Positions 55,201-64,000 of a DNA stretch of 64,000 nt are shown here, piece after piece (within the stretch, counting starts at the first letter, position 1; each line of letters opens with the position of its first letter). Below the pieces are notes generated by a model. The model was not told the origin of the DNA and made no database searches. It saw only the letters and a list, made by a program, of their open reading frames with translations. The stretch lies in NCBI GenBank assembly GCA_964016885.1, contig OZ024741.1:302560001-302624000 (forward strand), in the 5' to 3' direction. This DNA comes from Eledone cirrhosa (lineage: Eukaryota). The position numbers and the translations under genes were made by a program.

Positions 55201-57579
55201 GGGCATACGCTGCCACCAGCCTGAAAGCTCCACCTTCAACACTGCCGACGTCTAAAACCACCAGTCGACCCTCCGGGTCCAGGTGTACCTTCTGTGTGGC
55301 AAGACCCAGGTATTTTCGCAGCAGAACGACAACCCCACCTCCACCCCTCGGCTGACAGAAAGATGCGTAGATCTCAAAGTCGTCGAAGATGGGGGCCAGT
55401 TGGCGCTCGCTGCTGATCCTGGACTCGCAAATAACCATTACATCCACTCTGTGCGACCTGAGGTCATTTAAGAATTTGCCCTGTTTCCAGGACATCCCCA
55501 AGCCGCGTGCATTCACACATCCAACTCTTATATTGGCCATGTTGGTGCTGAAGAGGTAAAAAGGAAGAGGAAAGGAAATTACTTACCTCTTCGTCTCCTG
55601 GGGACCAGGCTGCACAATTTCCATGGGGGTGTTGGAAGGGTTGTTTGGTGGGGTGGTGGTTTGTGGTGGGGTGAGGACATCAGTGTGTGGTGGGATTAGG
55701 GTGTTTGGTGGGGTGTGGGTGTCTGGTGTTGGGGTGGGGAAACATCTCAATAGGACGCTGTTATGTGGTTTGGTGCAGTTGGTCCCCACATGCATTGGAT
55801 GGTTCTTTTTCAAAGTTACATAGGTTTCCGTTGGGACCCTAATCATCATTAGGTGCGGTTTGTTCGCTGCGTAGGTGAAAGTGATCCCTTCGGTTTCCAC
55901 CGAAGGTTTATTTTCTATCGCTTTCATCAACGTTTTATTGTTCTTGTTAATGTATGTATAGAGTTTTTGTTGTGTTGTGTTTGTTTTTGTTTGTTGTTCT
56001 TGTGCGTGTTTGCGTTTTGTAGTACGTGTTATGTTTTGGGGAGGGGTGGGTTTTTTTATTTGTGATGTTTGTTCTGTTTGTGCTGGTGGTTGTGTGTTTG
56101 TGGCATTTTTGTTAATGTGGTGCCTTTTTTTTCCTTTTCACCTGTTGAAAGGGTTCTCCCTCGTCGTCACTGGGTGACGTTGATAAGGAGTCCTCTTCCG
56201 TGTTGTTGGGGAGGGGTATATTTTTGGGTTTTGTTGTGGTTGCTTTTGTATTTGTTTTAGGTGGGGAGGGGTTGGGTGGAACAGTGTTTTGTGTTGTTAT
56301 TTTTCCGTGTTGTTGTGGTTGTTGTTGTTGTTGTTGTTGTTGTTGTGGTGGTGGTGGTTGTGTTGTTGTGTTCGGGGTTGGCAGAAGAGCCTTTTTTTTT
56401 GACTCGTTAATTGAGGACAGGCAGCCTTCAGGTGACCCCTGCTTAAGCAGTGGTAACATGACGGCCGCCTTCCCTCCACTGAAATGTTTATATAAGTTAG
56501 CCCGTCCAGAGGCACGCGTTGTGGGATATTCGCTATTCGTTCTGGGCTCATTTGCACCAGAACTTCTACGGTGGTCCCACCAAATACACCTCCGGAGGAC
56601 TTTCCTATTGAAATTATCCTGTCTTCATCAAAGTCAATGATTCCACATAGTATCCACCAAATATTTACATTTGGTGTGATACTCATGATTTTTATTCTTT
56701 GTGTCCTTTTTCCCCTGTATGTGGGGAAAAAGGTGAAGCGAGGGGACACAATAGGTGATACCGAGTATTTTTGTGCTGTTGACTGGTTATTCATTAGCAC
56801 CGAAATGCTACCAAACAGTTTTCCTTTTTGTATGAAGGTTATGTCCTTCATTGCATCTTTTAGAACCAGCTCAATTTCATTTTGTGATAATTGAGCTGGT
56901 TTTCTTGTTTCGTTCGATATTGTCCTGAAAACCACAGTTTTCAGGACAGCCTCTCTACGTAATTCCTGTTTTCGCCAAAAGTCACGAATTGTTTTGCGTC
57001 TTGTAGTAGTTGTTTAGCATTTGTTATGTCAATTGGCGTGTATAGTTCGTTTTTTTTTACAGTCTGTGCGAACGTTGTTTTGGTGTTGTTGTCTTTTTTG
57101 TTGCTGTTGTTGTTGTCACTGTTGGTAATATTGTTCATGTTTTCCTTGGTGTTGCTATTGTTGCAGTTGTTGGTTGTGGTGTTATTGTCATTGTTCTTGT
57201 TATTGGTGCTGGTATTATTTACTGGGTTTGGTTTCGTGGTTTCAATATTTTCAACGTTTTTCGATAATGCGAGGGGGGAAGGCTGCAAGCTTTGTACTCC
57301 TACCTTCCCTCCACCACTTTTCTTAGTGGGCGTGGCACTCACGACAGTGTGCGAGGTTGAAATGGCATCCATTGCTGACTACCAAGTCTACACAGTTTTG
57401 AGATGAAAATGAAAATGAAAATTTCGCCCCAGAAAGGGGCGAAAATTAGTTAACTCAACGTCTGAAGGCCCAGGCAAGGGGTTAAACTAAACAATGCTAT
57501 TAAATTGAGCAATGAACTCACAGGTTTTTTGACAATAATCCGTAAAAATCCGGAGCGAAGTAATTCACGTCTATATCAA
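52226..57579 (-). mobile_element. Tx1/L1-type non-LTR retrotransposon, near full length, disrupted
   Basis: ORF1 pieces 55583-57372 with a CCHC knuckle (CYHCLSRGHLKAAC). ORF2 pieces: APE endonuclease 54566-55540 (NARGL, GDWN, YLDR, SDH), RT 53404-54486 (NFRPITLLN, DQSKAFDRV, QGCPLS, YADD) and C-terminal CPRC..EETVAHAFVHC at 52464-53189. Confidence 0.93.
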
Positions 57580-57995
57580 GTGGTAATTGATATAGAGAGG
57601 GGATTGGGAGAGTATGTTGTATGGTTGATGTAGAGAGGAGGAGAGTTTGGTGGTAATGAATAGAGGGAGAGGATTGATAGAGATAGGTATTGATAAATAT
57701 AGAGAGGGGGAGAATTTGGTAGTAATGGATAGAGTAAGAGTGAATGAGAGAGTGTTGTATAGTAGATATAGAGAGGGGTATAGTTTGGTTTTAATTGATA
57801 TATAGAGGTGGATTGGAAGAGAGTTCCTTATAGTAGATATAGAGAGGGGGATAGTTTGGTGTTAATTGGTATAGAGAGAGGCATTGGAAGAGAGTCCCAT
57901 GTATTAGATATAGCGAGGGGGAGTGTTTGGTGTTAATTGACATGGAAAGAGGGATTGGAAGAGAGTACCGTGTTGTAGAAATAGAGAGGGGGAGA
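57580..57995 (+). repeat. GA-rich minisatellite, about 63-bp unit made of two related halves (further units at 52118-52225)
   Basis: Repeats of gagagggggagagtttggtggtaattgatatagagagg..attgg.agag...tgtatagtagatata. Confidence 0.8.
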
Positions 57996-58244
57996 ATAAA
58001 AACTGGGATGGTGGTGGAGGAAAAAAATCTGAGAGTACGGGAATTATTGACAGAGGTAAGAATGAAAACTCAATATACCGAAGTAGAGTTTAAATATTCA
58101 TTTATTATGGCTAAGCCTTGTCACTCTGCAGGTTCACCTGCTTACTCACCAGACAAGACTGGTGATCCTGTGAGTGTGCAGTTGAAACTTTAGAGTAACA
58201 AAGCTCACCAATAGCCGTAATAAATGAATGTATATATATATATA

Positions 58245-59418
58245 TGGAATAGCTTAGATAGGGCTAGACATAAGATAGGGAAGGCCACATCATGGTACGA
58301 CAACCAGAGATATCAGAGTGTCATGTTTGTGGACGCCACCCCTGGAGGGAAATTAGCTAACCAGTGTAGAAAGGCCCTGAGAAAGACCCACTTAAAAATA
58401 AAGGTGGTAGAAAAGCCAGGAACCACCATAAAATCCCTGATCAGCAAAACCTACCCTTTTAAGAAAACCCACTGTACCAATAGGAAGTGTATCATATGTA
58501 AGGTGAACCCCAGGATAAACTGTAAAACTAGAAACGTAGTCTATAGCATAAGATGTACAGAGGGTACTTGCAGAAACATGACAACAACATACATAGGTGA
58601 GACAGCTCGTAGCATAGGTGAAAGGATAGACCAACACTGGGGGGAACTAAAAGGACGAAAAAACGGGTCAGTACTATACGAACATGCTAGACAACAACAT
58701 GACGGTAACATAGACAACATAGAAATTAGAATAATATCTAAACATAGGAATGACCCAGCAGATAGGCAAATCAGAGAGGCCAGTGAAATAGAAATTAGAA
58801 GACCAAAGCTAAACAGAAAGAATGAGTGGAACAACAACAACACCCAAACAAACAACACTGACCTAAGAGAAGTATAAATAAGTAAATAAAATTAAATAAA
58901 ATAAGATAAATAAATACATACACAAGCACAATAACAACAAGCACATAAACACACACTAGTCACCCAGCAGACACAACACTATACACACTAGTCACACATC
59001 ACACATAACACTATACACACACGCAAACGCATGCGCAAAGAAGACAAAATAAAATAAGATAAGATAAACAAACAAGCAAATAAATAAATAAATATATAGA
59101 CAGACTGAATAAAAAATGGCGTAGACATACAACAACAGGAGGAACAATGAATATAACACCACTGACGATGTTGCAGATGTACAACGAAAGATTTATGTAA
59201 ATTATGTAAACTATATATATATATATATATGTGTTTGTGTCTATATTGTATCTGTATTATTTTTGACCGCCGGTCAGTCAATGGCAGCATTGAGGACCGA
59301 GTAAGTTAGATCGCAGATATAAAAGACAGCGAGAAGCGAAAACCAACCAAACAGTGAGTGTGTTCTGTTATTAATTCTGGCAATATTACGCAAATATGAC
59401 CCTCCCCAAGTATAACAA
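58245..59418 (+). mobile_element. 5'-truncated Penelope-like element (GIY-YIG domain + 3' UTR with hammerhead-like motif near 59158-59198)
   Basis: ORF to 58877: CTNRKCIIC..NCKTRNVVYSIRC...YIGETARSIGERI..H...REA..I; CTGACGA-T-GTTG...CAAC-GAAAGAT; terminal atgaccctcccc..tataacaa; (TA)n on both sides. Confidence 0.9.
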
Positions 59419-59968
59419 TATATATATATATATATTGGAAAATGTGTGAAATCCTTGGTACAATTAGGTATATTTGAAAAAGGAAAAGAATGACTTCACT
59501 TGTAGTTCTAAACAATGTAATTTTATAATATTATAATTTTACAATTTTGCTTTGTAGATCTAGTAAGTTCTTTGTTAACTTCGGTGGGAATTTTTTAAAG
59601 ATTCCTGGTTAACTTTCCTGGAGAACTTTCTCGCATTCGTTGGTAGTGATTGTCAAACTGATCTAAAGTTGCGTTGCAATGTGTGACTCTCTATATAAGA
59701 GATTTGTGTGGTGTTAAAGAGGGTGGGAGTGAAGGAGTGTTGATGAAGATTTAAAGAAATTAAAGCATATATATACACAAAGAGGTGAAAGAAAATAGTG
59801 AATAGTAAAAGCAAGATGATTGATTGAGAGTGGAGTTGGGAGGTGTTGGGGGGAGGGGGCCGGATGTGATGGTCAAATTTGTTTCCTAGAGGTAAAGTTA
59901 GTGGGTGTTTAAGGAGTGTTTCAGAAAAGGCTTGTGAAAGAGCCCTCCTACTGATTCAACACACACAT

Positions 59969-60068
<100 letters not shown>

Positions 60069-60101
60069 AAATGTGTGAGATCCTTGGTACAGTTAGGTTT
60101 A

Positions 60102-60418
60102 TTTGAAAAAAAGGAAAAGAATGACTTCACTTGTAGTGTTAAAAAAATTATGATTTAATGTTATAATATAATATTATAATATTATGAGTTGGTAGATCCA
60201 GTAGGTTCTTTGTTAACTTCGATGGGAAGAATTTTAGAGATTCCTGGTTAACTTGGGTTGGAGAACTTTATCGCATTCGTCTGTCTGTGGCGATTGTCAA
60301 ACTGAGATCAGATTGTGTTGAAATGTGTGACTATATATATAAGAGAGATTTGGATGTGTCTGGGGTGCGGCGTGTGGTGTTAATGAGTGTTGATGATGAT
60401 GAAGGTCAGGAGGAATTA

Positions 60419-60511
<93 letters not shown>

Positions 60512-61493
60512 CACACACACACACACACACACATACACACACACACACACACACTCACACACACACACATATACATACACTCAGAAAACGGTGAGGTTGT
60601 AAGATAAGGGTGTTTGAGAAGGTAGTCGTAAACCTACTCTGCTGCTGGTTTTATTTCATTAGCTGACCTTTGATCAGTTTATAATGACATAGCTGAATCA
60701 ACTCTTCCAAAATCATAAAGAATATCTTCTATAAATTTCTATATCAAAGATGAATTTAGGTGCTTGTCTGGGTTTTAATGAGGTGTCAGATACATGTCGT
60801 TTGGTAAGAATAGGATGACAGGTAAAAGAGAAAAGAAGGATAGTTTGGGAATATTTGTCAACGATGTGTTGTTGATATTGGTCTGGGAGAGGAAGTGTGT
60901 GGGGGGGGGGGGGGGGACATGCTGGCTCACATATTCACTTCTCAAACATATTCACTTCTTACAACCTTACAATCTTACAATCCCGCCGAGGTTGACTTTG
61001 CCTTTCATCCTTACGGGGTCGATAAAATAAAGTACCAGTAATGCACTGGTAATTGCTGGCCTTGTGCCTAAAGTAGAAACAATTATCTTACAACCTCACA
61101 ATTTTCTGAGTGTATGTATATATGTGTGTGTATATGTGTGTGTGTGTGAGTGTGTGTGTGAGTGTGTGTGTGTGTGTGTGTGTGTATGTATGCATACTTT
61201 AATTCCTCCTGACCTTCATCATCATCAACACTCATTAACACCACACGCCACACCCCAGACACATCCCAATCTCTCTTCTATAGTCACACATTTCAACACA
61301 ACCTGATCTCAGTTTGACAATCACCACAGACAGACGAATGCGAGAAAGTTCTCCAACCCAAGTTAACCAGGAATCTCTAAAATTATTTCCACCGAAGTTA
61401 ACAAAGAACTCACTGGATATAATATTATATTATAACATTAAATCATAAATTTTTTAACACTACAAGTGAAGTCATTCTTTTCCTTTTTTTCAA
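60102..61493. repeat. Long inverted repeat (arms about 60102-60607 and 61083-61493), third diverged direct copy at about 59436-59770
   Basis: Reverse-complement arms include a (CA)n/(TG)n tract of different length; the spacer contains a SINE fragment. Confidence 0.85.
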
Positions 61494-62030
61494 AAATATA
61501 TATACGAGATGAATAAATTGGGTATAATACCTGTTTCTTACCAAATGCGAAGAAACTCGATATATTAACCCCTTAGGAAAAGGCACAGAGCATAATTTTT
61601 AAAATCCTATATATATACAGGGGTGATGGAACTGGGAGCTGGGGGCATGTCCCCCTACAATAATCATATTTTCTCCTCAAACTACCAAAACGCACATACT
61701 TTTGGATATGCGCTACAATTCATGTACATGTTAAGTTTATCGCTTATGGAAGTTTTCTGACCATTTTAGAGTGTAAAGAGATAAACTAATCACTACAACT
61801 AAATTGTCCAAATCCCCCCCCCCCCCCCTCACCACACCTAAAAAAAAACTTCCACCGCCTCAATATATATATATATTATTAGAAAGGCCATTATTCAAAT
61901 TTGTACTCCACGCTTAAGGAAGGTAGAGTATCGGTTAGGTATTATTATGAGATAGATATGCTCTACGGTCAAGCTTGAACCGTCTCAATGGCAAAATGAT
62001 TTAAGAGCTTCATCTTTATATATATCATAA

Positions 62031-62119
<89 letters not shown>

Positions 62120-63125
62120 ACTCAGATGCACTCGATTGCTTTAAGTAATAACTTAGAAAATTTGGAAAAATACCCGTATAAACGGAAAAATGACCAGCAG
62201 CCGTTAGAAAGAACTTTGTAACTTTCTTATATGGGCTGACTGCTCTGCCATTGAGCTAAACAACCTCTGATGTATATGTATTTGTATATATTTGATGTAT
62301 GTGTATATATATATATAGAGAGAGCAAGAGTTCATACATACACATACATATTTGAACATTCACAAGTACCTACGCACGATCACACAAACACACACATACA
62401 CAGATTTTATATATAAATAAATGCACTAAAGAACGACACCCCAGAGACAATAGAACTTGTTTAGCTATCCACTGTCTGGAGTCAGCTTCTATTTGAAAGT
62501 CAATGAACTATAGACGGAGTTTCTAGACTCAGTTTTAGCTACGCTTTGCAAACCGGATACGGTAAAGTTGAAACCGGTGAACCTTATATAGATAAGCTAA
62601 GCGTTAAATTAGTGTTAAACATATTTAATGTCTTATATTTTTTGCTATGTGCATCCCGGTTTTAGAATAAGTATCAATAAGAACCTCATATCCCTACATG
62701 CCGTAAGGGGCAACTAAAAAAGTTGGTATCAAGAAAGGCATCCGGTTGTAAAACATTGTATCAACATATCCCGTCCAGCCCATGCCAGCACGGACGTAAA
62801 ACATATAAAAATAACAATGACGATATTGGCAAAACCGTTACAGTAGTATTTGTTCCGACTCTTTGCATTCTGAGTTCAAATGTTGCCTAGGTCAACTTTG
62901 CTTTCCACCCTTCAAAAAGTCGATAAAATACAATACCAGTCATGTACTTGGACTGATTTATGGCTTCGAATTTCTGGTCTTGTGCTTATGCTAAAAACTT
63001 TTATTAGCTTGATCAGGAGGAAGGGATTGTGTCCAAGGTCTTCGATGACTCTCCGAAACTAGGGTGGTTGATGCCGTTCACGTTCCGCTAAAATTGCTAA
63101 AATTGCTAAAATTGCTAAAGATGCC

Positions 63126-63204
<79 letters not shown>

Positions 63205-64000
63205 GATGGATAGAATAGGTATATATATATACTAGCAGTTGAACATTGATAATAGCACCTCCAATGAGAAACGTTTATTTGTGAGTGCCTGTTAAAAACT
63301 CACGAAAATGCCGACAGGAAACTTCTTTTATTTGGAGAAAATTAAGAAGTTGAAAGTACAGTTTAGCTGTCTACGTGCATTGTTCATAGAAATATTGTTG
63401 AGCCCCTTCTTTTCATACTCCTCTGTTTTGGCCTTTTGAAGTAAATGTGAAAGAGAAAGTCACAGGTTAAGTTGGCAGAAGGTTCCAGTAAGGCGTAGGC
63501 TACTTACCTCAAAAGTTCATTCGCACTCTTTCCACTAAGTTACTCTTTCTCTCTATCCCTGTCGGTGCAGTCCCTTGCGAATTTCTCGCGTAGGCCTGGT
63601 GTAGATTTGCACCCGATCCATCTGCCCGATGCACATGTCCGCTTTGTACGGCTTTTGGAGGAAGGAGTGACCAGCAGTACGTTGTTCGGTATTATTATGA
63701 AAAGGTGTAGCAGAGAATCCCGCGTGAACTAACAGCTCGGGAGGAAACTGCTTACCTTGAAGATTCATTCGCCATCGTTCTTGCCAATGCTCCATTTAGT
63801 TGGTATTTGTTGGTCTACAGTTAGATGAATGGCGCACAAAGGGTTAATGTTTATTGGCAAGAAGTGCAACTGGGCTGGCTTGCCTCGCTTATATTATATA
63901 TTAAAATAACAGATTAAAGTTTAAGCAAAGAATCGCTGCGTTCACCCTTAACAGGATCTTCTGAAACTAAAAAAAATCAATCTGTGAACGCAGAAGTAAA

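Noticed and set aside
57580-57995. CRISPR-like array
   Set aside because: Degenerate tandem units without unique spacers, no cas genes, eukaryotic context.

Overview
AT-rich, microsatellite-dense eukaryotic DNA; the SINE/LINE/microsatellite landscape suggests an octopus-like coleoid cephalopod (inference). The only host gene I can support is a + strand PSME3 (proteasome activator PA28-gamma/REG-gamma). Seven GT-AG coding exons lie between 6761 and 22524 and give 223 aa plus stop; the N-terminal ~25 aa are presumably upstream of the window. The rest is mobile DNA: many decayed RTE-type LINE fragments, tRNA-derived SINEs, a 5'-truncated Penelope-like element (RT + C-terminal GIY-YIG, 35902-39509) with three related 3' fragments, a nearly full-length Tx1/L1-type element (52226-57579), R4/Dong-like and CRE-like endonuclease fragments, and MITEs. 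The most notable signal is a dense set of about 12 loci with minimal type-I hammerhead-ribozyme motifs, in several unrelated sequence families. Some are embedded in near-perfect tail-out palindromes bounded by (TA)n, so a ribozyme sits on each strand, and one lies on the sense strand of a PSME3 intron. A 1.56 kb foldback whose two arms carry different SINE subtypes at the same position is also unusual. All structures were folded by eye; no searches were run.
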